Position numbers and translations under genes: made by a program. From Mobula hypostoma (Eukaryota): a stretch of DNA of 64,000 bases. The notes beneath the pieces were generated by a model. The model had not been told where the DNA came from, ran no database searches, and worked only from the letters and a program-made list of their open reading frames with translations. Within the stretch, counting starts at the first letter, position 1. Every line of letters begins with the position of its first letter. The stretch covers positions 99,760,001 to 99,824,000 of the forward strand of contig NC_086107.1 in assembly GCF_963921235.1 (NCBI RefSeq), written 5' to 3'. Below are positions 21,599-35,280 of this stretch, piece by piece.

Positions 21599-22826
21599 TA
21601 GGACACAAGTTTTGATTTAGCTCAACTGAAAGGACACTATAAATTGGAAGATCAATGAGTTCATTGGAATAACCAACACCAGAGTAACAAGAAAAGTTTC
21701 AGAAGTTGGGCTTGAGCAGAGACTATGCTAGAATATTTCATAGAAAATGCTGGGATCTTTTTGATCAATAGAATACACGGTCAGGAGCTTTGCATAGAGT
21801 CCGAGACTCTGCAGCAAAGTCAGAACAGTTTGGCTCAGACTCGGGCTATGATATCAGAAGGAGACCAAGGGTGTGATTGGGACCAAATGAACATTTACTG
21901 ATTGAACGTTCCTTGAGATACCCCATGCAAGAAAGCACAAAAGACAATAGTCCAAATGAATAATGTTTCTGTTAGAAATGTTGCCCCGTTGATGTTTCAT
22001 CTTATTAGTCAAGTTTCCCAGATTCCTTGGGGAAACGTCTTAACCTCCTGCTGACGTTCAGAAGAACCAGCAAGGAGATTTTCAATATTTCCACTGTGTG
22101 TTCCATTAATTATTAGCCCCCTGCTACCCCCTCCGCCATGTCTCACCTGTACTCACTTCTCCTATTTCATATCCAAAATTTGCTTTTAGATGCTAGTGGG
22201 ACTTGGTCAATTTTGGCTCATCTACCCATATCAGGCCTTGAAGGTGGTGCTGAGTTGCCATAGAGAACTACTGAAGTGACAGATGCTGCAGAAACGGAAT
22301 CCCATCACCTGCTGGCTATAGGACTATGTAGTCAACAGCTGGCACATGCATGTCGGTATAAGGCAGCAGTTCCCAATACCATTAACGGGTCTATGGACCC
22401 CAAGTTAGGAACCCCTGGTATAAGGGCACAAAGAAGCTCATGCTAAGGCAAAGTGTACTTCTTAAAATCTAATTTCACAACTTCAAGACAACTCTAGGAA
22501 GCCTATCGTCTCAACTTCGAAACTGCAGCAATGAGATACCGCATAATACAACAGCCAAGCACTTGATTTACTGCCCCTCATACAAGCCATATTCCTGGCA
22601 ACGCAACACTGCCTTAGAACTGGAATGAGACGTCAGCCCACAATTTTGTGAAGGGAAGTCAGCAGTTCCCATTAAAGTTATGGATTCAGAACTGTCCAAG
22701 GAAAATATAACAAAGGGTGTGGAAACTGTAAAGTGCCTGTAGCCCATAAACCTGAATCTTTTAATCTGAAGGGCAGATTGGCCCCATGAGGGGAAGGCGC
22801 AGAGCGATGAAGCAGTGTCCACATAC

Positions 22827-22988
22827 CATGTCTGGGTCGTTCCATCTCCCTGGGCCGGCCGCCGGCTGCAGGACATCTTGGTGCTTCCCGTACCAGTTGA
22901 TGATGCTCTGAACGCTCTCCCATGAATCGCTGATGTCGTAATAGTTCCTCCAGAGATTGCAGATCTCCCCCAGCAGAGTGTAGTTCAC
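22827..22988 (-). CDS. NAGA: NAGA coding exon 5 (acid/base Asp in WRNYYDI)
   Basis: [26 protein letters not shown]...[10 protein letters not shown]. Boundaries cag/gtatgt, 162 nt. Confidence 0.97.
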
Positions 22989-23143
22989 CTGCAGGAAACC
23001 GATTCGGATAAAGAGTCAGAAGTGAAGTCCCAGCCGCCAGTGACAGCTCTTCATTCTACAGAAATAGATCCACTAAAACCTGAATCATAGTGCAAAATGG
23101 TGGTGGGGGGGCGGTCGGAGTATACAGAAAGGATTTTATATAA

Positions 23144-23441
23144 GCATCCGTTACTCTCGTGAGACCATGGATTTGCACCTTGGAAGGTTTCCAGGGCGCA
23201 GGCCTGGGCAAGGTTGTATGGAAGACCGGCAGTTGCCCATGCTGCAAGTCTCCCCTCTCCACGCCACCGATGTTGTCCAAGGGAAGGGCACTAGGGCCAA
23301 TACAGCTTGGCACCGGTGTCATCGCAGAGCAATGTGTGGTTAAGTGCCTTGCTCAAGGACACAACACGCTGCCTCAGCCAAGGCTCGAACTAGTGACCTT
23401 CAGATCACTAGACAAATGCCTTAACCACTTGGCCATGCGCC
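23144..23441 (-). mobile_element. tRNA-derived SINE (same family as 15809-16110)
   Basis: Repeated within the window. Pol III A and B boxes at the 5' end. Confidence 0.8.
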
Positions 23442-25681
23442 AACACGTGAAGAAAGGATATGACAACAGTAAAAAGGAGCACAAGTGTGCATTGTGTATT
23501 TAATATTTAAGTAATAGTTGAGTAACCTTGTAAAAATATTGTTCAAGCATTCTTGTTCACTTAAATAATTTATTACAGATTATATCTACAAATACGTGAA
23601 TTGCATATGCCATCAGGCTACCACATGATACGTGCGCTTGAAGTAAACTCGAAGTTAGACCCGTAACTCGGACCCCCGTGTCTTCCTTTGAATTAGTTTA
23701 ATGTTTTGAAGTTAGCAAACATAACAGTGCACAGTGTCGTTCAGAATATGCCAAAGTGCTTTTAAGCCCCAGATGTGCCTCTTGAAGGGTTATCAAACCA
23801 GACTCCCGTCCATGGACTCTGTCTGCGCTTCTTGCTGCCACCTTCAGGGAGGGTGGGGTCCTTAACTAATCAAGCACCTCACCCATCCCAGACACTGTCT
23901 TCCCCAAACCCCCCACCCCATCGGCCAAAAGATACAAAAGTCTGTCAATGCATGCTACCATGCACAAGGAAAGTTTCTATCCCGTTGTTATAATACTATT
24001 GAATAGCCACTTAGTACAATAGGATGGACTCGTGACCTCACAGCCTGCCTCCGCGTGGACTTGTATTTTATTGTCTGCCTACATAGCACTTAGCTTTTCT
24101 GAAATGGACTCTTCCTACCTTAGACCATGAACTTATCAATCACCCCTCGTAAATCCTTTAATATAACGAGCAACAACAGAGCAGTGCTATCATTTCCATT
24201 CTTTATTTACCTGGAGCACTGCAAATTATTCTCTCCCACACTACCCTTCAATTTCCCTTTGATTCTTTTTGCATTTAACTACACCAAGGAATAATTTACA
24301 ATACCTAATTAACCTACCAGCACATCTTTGGGTTTTAGGAAGAAACATGTACAATCACAGTGCGAATAATAATGATGAACTGGTAAAAATTGGCAAAATA
24401 GTGGCAGGTAGGTAGAATTTAATCCTGAAAAAATGGGAGGCGTTACATTTAGGAAAGAGACTAGGATATACACAATAGTAGGACCCTAGAACTACTGAGA
24501 ACCCTGTTGTCCATGTCCAAGGGAGGCAGCAGCACAGGTGGATAAGGCAGTTAAGAAGGCACATGGGACGGTTGCCTTCTTTAAGCCAAGGCAGAGAATA
24601 AATGATCAAATGAACAATATATAAAACATCTGGAATACTGGCTGTTCTGGCTGGCACACCACAAAAGCATGTTCAAAGTAAATTTATTATCAGAGTACAT
24701 ATACTGTGTGTAACCATATACAACCCTGAGATTCATTTTCAATAAGAGTAATAACCATAACAAAATCAATGAAAGACCAAACTAACTTGGGCATTCAACC
24801 ACTGTGCAAAAGACAAAAAACTGTGCAAACACAAAAATAAAGAAGTAATAAATAATAATAAATAAACAACAATTATCGAGAGCATGAGATTAAGAGTCCT
24901 TGAAAGTGAGTCCATAGATTATAGGAATATTTCAATGATGGAGCAAGTGAAGTTATCCCTTTTGGTTCAAGAGCTTAATGGTTGAGGATTAATAACTGTT
25001 CCTGAACCTGGTGGTGAGAATCCTGAGGATCCTGTACTTTCTTCCCGAGGGCAACAGTGAGAACAGAGCATGTAACACCTCTCACTTTTCAGGATTAAAT
25101 TCTATCTGTTACTGCTTTGCCAATTTATCCCTGATGAATGGATACTGCTTTCCTCAGGGTGCAGAGGAGACTCAGCATGTTGTTGTTTGGGAATGGTGCA
25201 TTTGAATTATGAAGTAAGATGGGACAGGTTCGGTGTGTTTTTCTTGGAACGGAGAAGGTCAAGGTGGAATCTGATTGTGTTACACAAACTTGGGTGTGGC
25301 GTAGATAGGGTAGATAGTAAGAAACTTTTCCCCTTAGCAGAAGTAGCAGTAGATTTAAGGTATGGGATAGGAGATTTAGAGAGTATTTGAAGTAAGATTC
25401 TTTCACCTAGGGGGTGACTGAAATCTGGAACATATTGCTTGAAGGGGGCAGAGGAGGCAGAATACTCCAGTAAAATGTGTGCAGACACTAGCCTGCAGAG
25501 TGAGGTTGAACACATAAGAAAATAGTAGACAACCAGGCCCCTCAAGCCTGCCCTGCAGACAGTAGGCATTCAGTCCAACTGAATTCTCTTCCCCTTAATT
25601 GCATAAACCCGGAACCTACCAGCCTTCTCCTTCCCACCCTCTCCCCACCTTCCTTATAGGGCCTCTGCCCCTTCCCTCTAC

Positions 25682-25717
25682 AGTCCTGACGAAGGGTTCC
25701 GGCCCGAAACGTCGACT
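25682..25717 (+). ncRNA. Minimal type I hammerhead ribozyme motif (Penelope-associated)
   Basis: agtc-CTGACGA-a-ggg-ttccgg-ccc-GAAA-c-GTC-gact: stem I agtc/gact, intact core boxes, stem II, GUC cleavage triplet. Confidence 0.7.
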
Positions 25718-26720
25718 CATCGTTTCCTCGGATGCTGCCCGACCTGCTGAGTTCCTCCAGTATGTTGTGAGTGTTGCTTAAACTAAACCACTCTACAGAT
25801 TTTAAACCACAGCCCAGGCTTCCTATTGGGGTTGGCTTCCATTTATTCATTTTCAGGTTGGGGGTGTCACTGGTAACATCAGCATTTACACCCCATTCCC
25901 AGGTGCTCTTGAGAAGGGTGAGGTGAGTCACTTTCTTGCATGCCTTCTGCTCCCACAATGCTTTTGGGTAGGGAGCTTCAGGATTTAGACTCAGTGATGA
26001 AGAAGGAACAGTGAGATATTTTCAAGGCAGAGGGGATTAAGAACAGATGCAATAGAGGTACATTAAATTATAAGGGTATAGCTAGGGTAGATTGCAGGAA
26101 CATTTCCCATATCAGAGGGAGATGAAACTGGAGGATGTAAGTTTAGGGTACGGATGAAAAGATTGAGAGAGGTTTTGAGGGATCCTTCTTAAATCAGAGA
26201 GTGTGAATATTTGGAACGCACTGCCTGAGGAACCGGTTGAAACTGAATCATTGACAGCATTTAAGTGTTTACCTGAATTGCTGAGTGATGGAATAAATGT
26301 GGAAGTGATTATTCAGTCCATACTGTCAGCACGGACAATTGGACCAAATGGCCTGTTTCCATGTTGTACAATTCTATGAAAATAGCAGAGTAGCAGAACC
26401 ATCAATCTCTCAGGTAAGAGAATCTTATTGCTGTCATTGTCAAATTTTGCACCCTGCAGCGACATTCTACCAAAGGCTACTTTCGTGTCACATCTGCAAG
26501 TCACTCAAGGCTGCTTAAAGTTAGAAAATAACTACAGAATCTCATTGAGCATTGACGTTTGGACCCTGACAGTATACATATTCAGGCTTAACATGCAAGT
26601 CTCTTCTCCCTACAGGACAAGAGGTTAAGGAGCAATGTAAAGGAGCACTTGAAAATTACAAGAGGGAAAATTAAAGAAACATTTCCACTTATGGCTGATC
26701 CAAAACAAGAGATCACAAGG

Positions 26721-26975
26721 GATGGTAGCACAACACTTTATAGTACAGGCAAACAGGGTCCAATTCCCGCCGCTGCTTGCAAGGAGTTTGTACGTTCCCC
26801 CCGTGACCGCGTGGGTTTCCTCCGGGTGCTCTGGTCTCCTCCCACAGTCCAAAGACGTACTGGTTGGTAGGTTAGTTGGTCGTTGTAAATTGTCCCATGA
26901 TTAGGCTAGGATTAAAATGGGGGATTGCTGGGCATTGTGGCTCAAAGGGCCTATTCTACACTCTATCGCAATTAA
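26721..26975 (+). mobile_element. V-SINE-like tRNA SINE
   Basis: gtgggtttcctccgggtgctctggtctcctcccacagtccaaagacgt is the V-domain-type core. Related copies at 52689-52850 (minus), ~6225-6575 and ~28130-28300. Confidence 0.72.
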
Positions 26976-27252
26976 AAAATAATACAAGAGGGGAAAATTG
27001 TCCAGTTCACAAAGAGTATCCCATCAGTCTCAACCTCTAAAAATGTCACTGAATAGGGGTGGGTGATAAACACCAAAGGGTTAGGTTGAGGGAACTGGAT
27101 GGAAGGAGGAGTATAAATGCCAGCCAGGACAAATGGTCATATTCTCTGTGATAAACTCTTTGGCCACAAGAATCAAGATATCTGTTGAACCACTCATCTT
27201 GAATTTCTGTTCTTTTTCTATCCCAAGTGAGCTGAGGATGCTGTGACATTAC

Positions 27253-27347
27253 CCGAGGTGGTAAACCTCCTTCGTACGCTGGCCAGCTACAGGAGAAGGC
27301 AATCGGACGCCCTGTGGCATTCAGCGCCTTTGACATCAGTGGGTAAC
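27253..27347 (-). CDS. NAGA: NAGA coding exon 4
   Basis: [37 protein letters not shown] carries the Ser/Ala pair that distinguishes NAGA from GLA (SCEWPL). Boundaries tag/gtaatg, 95 nt. Confidence 0.97.
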
Positions 27348-28309
27348 CTAGAAAAGGAAGAGCGACAGAATTTTAAAAAGGAATCATCCCTCATCCTTCT
27401 CCATTCCTTCAGCTCCTCTAAACACTCCTGATTCCCAATTGCTGACACAAGTAGCAGGACGCAGATTGTCATCACCATTGCTTTGAGAACTGGGTCTTTG
27501 GTGTAGTTCATGTTATGTGTGTTTCTGGTCACTCCCTTTTTATTTGCTACTTTGTGCCATTTTGATTAGGGTGTACTGGTTCTGTAGCCTGCAGTCAATG
27601 AATAACACAGCACTAAATTGAAATTGACTGAACTAAACAACATTCCTAGGCTGTTTCAATGACTCTGTGTTTGACATTTAATATTCTGTTTTTCGCTCTT
27701 TCTTTTGTTGTTTGCTCGATTTGTTCTTTTTTTGCGCATTGAGTGTTTGTTGTTTCTTTTGAAAAGGTTCTCAGTGTTTCTTTGTTTAGTGGCTGTCTGT
27801 GGGAAGATGAAACTCAGGGCTGTATACTGCGTAAGTCGATAATAAATGTACTTTGAACTTTGGCCTGGACAGGGAATCCATAAAAGCTCATTAACTGCCT
27901 GCCTCTGCGTGTGGAGGGATCTCATCTTGAATCGCATCAGGGTTTATTAATCAGCACTACTGCAGCACCTTCACAATTTCAGCCAATGAATACTTTGGAA
28001 ATGTAGTCATTGTTGTTAAAGAAGGAAGTGCAACAGTGATTCAATCCCACTAGCCACAACTCTGAAAGTAACTAGGTATTGTATTTTTGGCAATTCTGGC
28101 CAAGGGGTAAACACGACAGGACACCAGAGACAACACTACTATTATTGTGTCAGAAACCTGGATTCAATCCTAACCTCCTGTGCTTTGTGTGGTGTTTGCA
28201 CATTCTTTGTGACTGTATAGATTTCTTCCAGGTGATCTTGTTGCTTCCCACAATCCAAACACTGGCCACTGTAAATTTCCTTTAGCTTGTAGGTGAGTGA
28301 TACCATGTG

Positions 28310-29010
28310 GGAGAAGCTGCTGAGGATGCAGGGGGAAGGAGAAGATGGCGGCATGACGCAGCGCGCGCGGCCTCTCCGGTGATGAATATCTGTAATCTAT
28401 CAAGTAGGAGGCTGTGCACAATTCTGATTTGATGGAGGCCGACGTAAGGGCACAGAGGAATACCTGGTGAAATTTCTGAAATGCCTGCTTTGCTGCCGCT
28501 GCTACTGTGTGATCCGAAATCTCCGGAGGGGAAGACCCTGAGACCTCGGCTTTGTCTGTTGCTCGGCGGCCGGGACAGGGTCAAAGCGCTCGGCAGAGAT
28601 GGTGCTCGGTGCTCGGTGTCGGAGGGCTGGACAGAGGCTCCAAGTTTTCGGACAGACTGAGAGTCGGACTGTGGTCGGGTGCTTCCAGGATGCTGCATCG
28701 GCAAGTTTGCGGCGCTGGAAGCTCACGGCAGGGAGAGTTTCTTCCTTCTACCATCTGCGTGAGATGTTGGGGCTATCAGGACTTTGAGACTTTTTTTTTT
28801 ACCATGCCCATGGTCTGCTCTTTATCAAATTACGGTATTGCTTTGCACTGTTGTAACTATAGCTTATAATTATGTGGTTTTTGTCAGTTTTAGTCTTGGT
28901 CTGTCTTGTGTTTCTGTGATATCATACCGGAAGAACATTGTATCATTTTATAATGCATGCATTTCTAAACGACAATAAATGAGGACTGAGTGTCCTCATA
29001 ATCTAATCTA
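28310..29010 (+). repeat. Unclassified CpG-rich interspersed repeat
   Basis: 28410-28507 recurs in reverse complement at 1-105. Ends with aataaa and a (taatc)n tail. Sits inside a V-SINE-like copy. Confidence 0.6.
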
Positions 29011-29589
29011 AAATAAAAAGTGGACTAACACAGGATTAATGGAAATGGGTGGTGCTAGTTGTTGGCTGCTGGAAACCCAGTGAGCCAAAGGACCTATTTC
29101 CGTGCTGTATCTCTCCAAGACTCTACAATTCCCTTCCGAACACAGAGCTACAGACATTGGCATGCTGGAGCTGACCAATCAATACCTTTCCTAAGAACAG
29201 CTTAAATATCCATCATACATTGGCTTACAAATCAAGTGCGAGTCAGACAGTTAGATTTCTGATGCTTGGAGAACATTTCATTGAAACTCTCAAGAAAATA
29301 AATGAGTTGCAGACTGGTTATTCATAAATAATGATGGAAGTAGTAAAGAAAAAGCAACTGTTTCTAGTGATACGAGAGTCAAAGGGAAAAGGGTAATGAG
29401 AAAATGGGAAAAAAAATGAGGGAAGAAACAGGCAATGAGTAAGAACCCAGGTGAAGAAATGGGAATTATTTTATACTGTGAGTTAATGTGATCAAGAATG
29501 TACTTTGCAGTACAGAAAGGAGCAGATTCATGAACAGCTTTTTTCCTACAGCCATCAGATTCTTGGAATGTCCAGTACTATTAAGATCT

Positions 29590-29935
29590 TAAGAGCAGAG
29601 TTAGCTATTTGGGCCATCATGTCTGCTCCACCATTCCATTATGGCTGATTTTTCTCCCCCCTCAAGCCCATTCTCCTGCCTTCCTTCTGTAACACCTACC
29701 TCCTTACTCATCAAGAACCTATCAATTTCTGCCTTAAATACTCCCAGTGACTTGGCCTCCACAGCCTTCTGTGGCAAAGAATTCCACAGGTTCCCCACCC
29801 TCTGGCTGAAGAAATTGCTCCGTATCTCAGATTTGAAGGAATATCTCCTCACTGAGGCTGTGCTCTCAGACCCTAGGCGCTCCTATGAATGTAAATATTC
29901 TCTCCACATCCACTCTATTTGGACCTTTCAATATT
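29590..29935 (-). mobile_element. CR1 3' end
   Basis: NFFSQRVGNLWNSLPQKAVEAKSLGVFKAEIDRFL. Confidence 0.82.
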
Positions 29936-30124
29936 AAGTAGTTTTAGGCTGGGGTATCTACCTCCACAACAGAACACTACGACAACTTCTTGCATTACAC
30001 TGGACATGTTTTTGATTATGTCTATTCCTGCACTAATGGTTTGCTTTGCAGATTTATATCACATCATTGAAGTACAATTTATAGGAGTATACAATTAGAA
30101 GGTATACAATTTATACCTTATGTT

Positions 30125-30566
30125 TCATCTGGGTAACCTCCAATCTGATGGTATTAATATCAATTTCTCCTTCTGGTGAACAAATTCAAGCCCCCCTTCC
30201 TCTAATCCCCACTCTGACCTTTCACTTCTCACCTGTCTATTACATCCTGTCAGGTCCCCTCCTCCTTCCCTTTCTCTTATTATCCACTCTCCTCTCCTAC
30301 CAAATTCTTTCTTCTCCAGCCTTTGACCTATCCCACCCACCTGTCCTCACCTATCACCTTCCAGCTAGCCTCTTTCCCCTCCCCCAACCTTTTCACTGAG
30401 GCATCTTCCATCTTCCCCCCGCCCCCCTTCTCAGTCCTGAAGAAGGGTCTCGGCCCGAAACGTTGATTCTTTACTCTTTTCCATAGACACTGCCTGACCT
30501 GCTGAGTTCCTCCAGCATTTTGTGTGAGTTGCTCTGGATTTCCGGCATCTGCAGACCTTCTCGTGT
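30125..30566 (+). mobile_element. Penelope-like 3' fragment
   Basis: Same family sequence. Hammerhead-like motif at 30433-30468. Confidence 0.75.
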
Positions 30567-30732
30567 TTGTTATATTGTGTGTTGTTCGGACCTTTGTGCC
30601 AGTGATGATACTGCAAGTTCTTCATCGTGCACATGACATTAAACTTGACTGAACTTGACTTGAACTTTCAAAGAGGTATCGGCAAATACTTAGAGGAAAA
30701 TATTTGCAGGGAAAGAGTAGAAAAATGGGTTC

Positions 30733-31543
30733 ACACGAGGAAATCTGCAGATGCTGGAAATTCAAGCAACACACATCAAAGTTCCTGGTGAATGCAGCAG
30801 GCCAGGCAGCATCTCTAGGAAGAGGTACAGTCGACGTTTTGGGCCGAGACCCTTCGTCAGGACTAAATGAAAGAAGAGCTAGTAAGAGATTTGAAAGTGG
30901 GAGGGGGGAGGGGGAGATCCAAAATGATAGAAGACAGGAGGGGGAGGGATGGAGCCAAGAGCTGGACAGTTGATTGGCAAAAGGGATATGAGAGGATCAT
31001 GGGACAGGAGGCCCAGGGAGAAGGAAAAGGGGGGGGGGGAACCCAGAGGATGGGCAAGGGGTATAGTGAGAGGGACAGAGGGAGAAAAAGGAAAGAAAGA
31101 GAGAAAGAATGTGTGTATATAAATAAATAAATAACAAATGGGGTACGAGGGGGAGGTGGGGCACTAGCAAAAGTTTGAGAAGTCAATGTTCATGCCATCA
31201 GGCTGGAGGCTACCCAGACGGAATATAAGGTGTTGTTCCTCCAACCTGAGTGTGGCTTCATCTTTACAGTAGAGGAGGCCGTGGATAGACATATCAGAAT
31301 GGGAATGGGATGTGGAATTAAAATGTGTGGCCACTGGGAGATCCTGCTTTCTCTGGCAGACAGAGCATAGGTGTTCAGCGAAACGATCTCCCAGTCTGCG
31401 TTGGGTCTCGTTAATATATAGAAGGCCACATCGGGAGCACCGGACACAGTATATCACCCCAGCCGACTCACAGGTGAAGTGTCGCCTTACCTGGAAGGAC
31501 TGTCTGGGGCCCTGAATGGTGGTAAGGGAGGAAGTGTAAGGGC
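30733..31543 (-). mobile_element. Penelope-like element 3' fragment with GIY-YIG endonuclease
   Basis: VIYCVRCSRCGLLYINETQRRLGDRFAEH...VATHFN...RLEEQHLIFRLGSLQPDGMN (31164-31457), CT-rich 3' region, hammerhead-like motif. Possible TSD atgggttc. Confidence 0.88.
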
Positions 31544-32170
31544 ATGGGTTCTATTGTTTTGTTTTACAAAGAGCCAGTACAAGTTCTAGTCATACTGTCA
31601 ATCACCAGTTTTATAATCACATACATCCAGTTGGGAAATACAACTTCCAAACTAAACAGTCTTGCTGGGCCTTGTCACTTCCCTCAGAGAAGCCGCTGGG
31701 TCCCGATGCTCTCAGAGGTGTTATCGAAATTCTGAGATTTATGGATAGTACTGTAGTCCACATTGGCCTCTTTCAGTTTAATGTTTTTTATTCGTGTTCT
31801 CACCCATTCCTTCTTGACGCCAATTGGCTGGCTGGGGGTCTGGGTGATCTGTTAGTTCTTGTGCAAGGGAGGGGTTGGGGGTGTTTTTATTTCTTTTTCT
31901 TTTCATGCGGGGGGGGGGATTGATGTCTTTCTTTCAACTACGTCTGTGGTTTTCTGTATTCTGTGGCTATCTGGAGAAGACACATCTCAGAGTTGTATTC
32001 TGTATACATACTTTAATAAAAAGAACCTTTGAACCTTTAATTCCTCAGTTGATTGAATCAATGGCCTCTTTGAGGTCAGGATGGAAATTCAGTGAATTCT
32101 ATAGCTTTGAATATTCATTCTCTTCACCAAACAAAGCAGCAAGCAGCCAACCAGCTGCTCCAAGCCTTAC

Positions 32171-32348
32171 CCACAGCCTTGTCGGAAGAGTTTGAGTAGC
32201 AGCCGTCCAGCTTCAGCATGTCCACTCCCCAGGAGGCAAAGGTATGGGCATCCAACTCAACCTTGTCCACTGTGGTGCCTGGGTAGCCACCACACGTGTA
32301 CTTGCCTAGGTCCGCGTAAATGCCAAGTTTCAGACCTTTAGAATGGAC
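32171..32348 (-). CDS. NAGA: NAGA coding exon 3 (catalytic nucleophile KLDGC)
   Basis: [26 protein letters not shown]...[13 protein letters not shown]. Boundaries aag/gtaagg, 178 nt. Confidence 0.97.
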
Positions 32349-33559
32349 CTTTAACAAGACAAATGCTTGATTTATTTTAAGACATCTAAAAACTGCCGAA
32401 ATCTAAAATTAAAAAACAGAAAATGTTGGAAACACTTCACAGGTCTTCAACCTCCTCTGCTATTCCAATAAGGCTAGACAGCAGCTCATGAGACACACTT
32501 TGTCTTCCAACCAGGCAGATCACAACCTTCCACACTCAATACCAAATGTCCTGTCTTTTGTTGGTGCAGACTCTGTGGGCTAAAAGGCCTGTGTCCATGC
32601 TACACCTCTCTCTGACTCTAAATTGCTGATTTATTTTCAAGCAACCACCCATGATTTCAGATGGTCCACGAGATGCAACAGCCTCTCCAGACCCACCCCT
32701 CAGGACCCTTACACATTTCAATCAAGTCCACTCTTTATAAAATCCTGCAGATACACGCCCAGCCTGTTCCATCCTCTCCTCATAAGCCCACCTGCCCTTT
32801 TCAAGCAAGTATTAATTCAACAAATCCTCTCTGAATAACTTCTAATACTAATGTCTGGCAACAGACTCCAGGAAGAATGTCAAACACTTGGAGAGGGTAC
32901 CTCAAAATGAAACCAGGGATGAGTGGCATCTAGACTAGAGTGGTTGGGGATGATCTTATTATAGTTGAGTATGTTGTGGAGGCGGGCGGGGGGGGGGAGG
33001 TCCTTACTTAAATATATTGTATTGAACTGACAACATAAAATCAGCAAAACAACAAGATGAAAAGAATCTCATAGAATCAAATTAGTCAGTTGGCCTATCG
33101 GGTTTATGCCTTGGAGGAGCAATCCTGTCAGTCTCATTTCTCCATGGCTCTGCAAATTATCCTTCGTCTTTCCAATTTCCTTTCGAAGTTCTGATTTATC
33201 CTTTCCACTACATTTAGGCAACAAATTCCAGGATTCATATTCTTTACATCACAGGAGGCAGCCAGTTGCCCATGAACCCAATGCTGGCTCTCAGACTTAC
33301 TTACTGTCCATTATGACACTGATGTTTAGGGCAGCAATGAAGTCCTCCATCTCCATTTCTTCACTGTAGTCGCAGCTTCCACTTTCCTCAGTTTTCACTA
33401 CTCTTGGTCATGCAAGTCCTGGGTGGAAACTCAGGAATACCGTCACATTCAAATGTACAAGGATTCTTCATTGCCGTTTCCGTAACAATTTTGTTTTGCC
33501 AGTCAATGTTGTTAGCCCTGAGCTGAACCCCCAAATCTGGAGGACCAGTGGCTACCTTT

Positions 33560-35280
33560 AGACTGTCCTCTATCCTTTGATTTGTCTGGCTAAAGAAATT
33601 TCTTATCTCTGTTCTAAAAGAACGCCTCTCTATTCTGAGACTGTCCTCTGGTCTTAGACTCTGCCACCATAAGAAACATCTTCTCCACATCCACTCTATC
33701 AAGGCCTTTCACCATTCGATAGGTTTCAATTAGGTCACCCCTCATTCTTCTGAATTCCAGTGAATACAAGCCCAGACCCATCAAACACTCTTCATATGAC
33801 AAACCATTCAATCCTGGGATCATTTTCGTGAACCTTTGTTGAACCCTCTCCAGTTTCAGCACATCCTTTCTAAGATAAGGGGCTCAAAACTGCTCACAAT
33901 ACTCCAAGTGAGGCCTCACCAGTGCTTTATGAAATCTCAACATTACATCCTTGCTTTTATATTCTAGTCCTCTTGAAAGGAATGCTAACATCGTATCTGC
34001 CATCCTCACCACAGACTCAACCTGCACATTAACCTTTAGGGAATCCTACACAAGAACTCCCAAGTCCCTCCGTGCCTCAGATTTTCATATTTTCTCTCCA
34101 TTTAGAAAATAGTCAACCCATTCATTTCTTCTACCAATATGCATGACCATACACTTTCTGACACTGTATTCCATCTGCCACTTGTTTGTCCCTTCTCCTA
34201 ATCTAGGTCCTTCTGTAGCCTCTCTACTTCCTCAAAACTACCTGCCCGTCCACGTATCTTCATATCATCTGCAAACATTACAACAAAGCCACCATTCTAA
34301 CATCCAAATCATTGACACATAACATAAAAAGAATCGGTCCCAACACAGACCCCTGTGGAACACCAGCCGTCACTGGCAGCCAACCAGAAAAGGCTCCCTT
34401 TATTCCCACTCTTTGCCTCCTGCCAGTAAGCCACTACTTTATCCATGCTAAAATCTTTTCTGTAATACCATGAGCTCGTAACTTGTTAAGCAACCCCACG
34501 TGTGGTACGTTGTCAAAGGCCTTCTGAAAATCCAAATATACAACATCAACCGATTCTGCTTTGTCTATCCTGCTTGTTGTTATTTCTTCAAAGAATTCCA
34601 ATTGTCAGGCAAGATTTTCCCCTGAGGAAACCATGCTAACTATGGCTTATTTTATCATGTGCCCCCAAGTACACCGAGGCCACACTCTTAACAATCAACT
34701 CCAACATCTTCTCAACCACTGAGGTCAGACTAACTACCTATAATTTTCTTTCTACTGCCCCTCTCCCTTCTTGAAAAGTGGAGTAACATTTGCAATTTTT
34801 CAGTTTTCAGGAACCATTCCAGAATCTAGTGATTCTTGAAAGATCACTACTAATGCCTCCACAATCCTTCAACCACCCCTTCCAGAACCATGGGGTGTAC
34901 ACCATCTGGTCCATGTGACTTAACCTCCTTCAGACCCTTCAGTTTCCCAAGAACCTTCTCTCTAGTAATGGTAACTTCACACACTTCATGACCCCTGACA
35001 CCTGGAACTTCCACCATACTGCTCATATCTTCCACAGTGAAGACTGACGCAAAATACTTATTTAGTTCATCTGACATTTCCTTGTCTCCCATTACTACTT
35101 CACCAGCATCATTTTCCAGCAGTCAGTATCCATTCTTGCCTTCCTTTTACACTTCATGTATCTAAAGAAACGTTTGCTATCCTCTTTAATATTTTTGGGT
35201 AACTGACTTCTGTATTCCATTTTTACCTTCTTAATGACTTTTTTTTAATTGCCTTCTGTTGGTATTTTAAAGCTTCCCCA
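33560..35280 (-). mobile_element. CR1 ORF2 fragment
   Basis: LNKYFASVFT, KS.GPDGVHP, LERVQQRFTKMIPGL. Confidence 0.85.

Noticed and set aside
22930..22950. Loss of the catalytic acid/base because of WRNYYDI versus the usual WRNYDDI
   Set aside because: The catalytic residue is the second Asp, which is retained. The preceding position also varies in GLA.
23485..23726. Solo LTR
   Set aside because: Ends in ...taaca and looks repeat-like, but I could not define a clean TG start or TSD.
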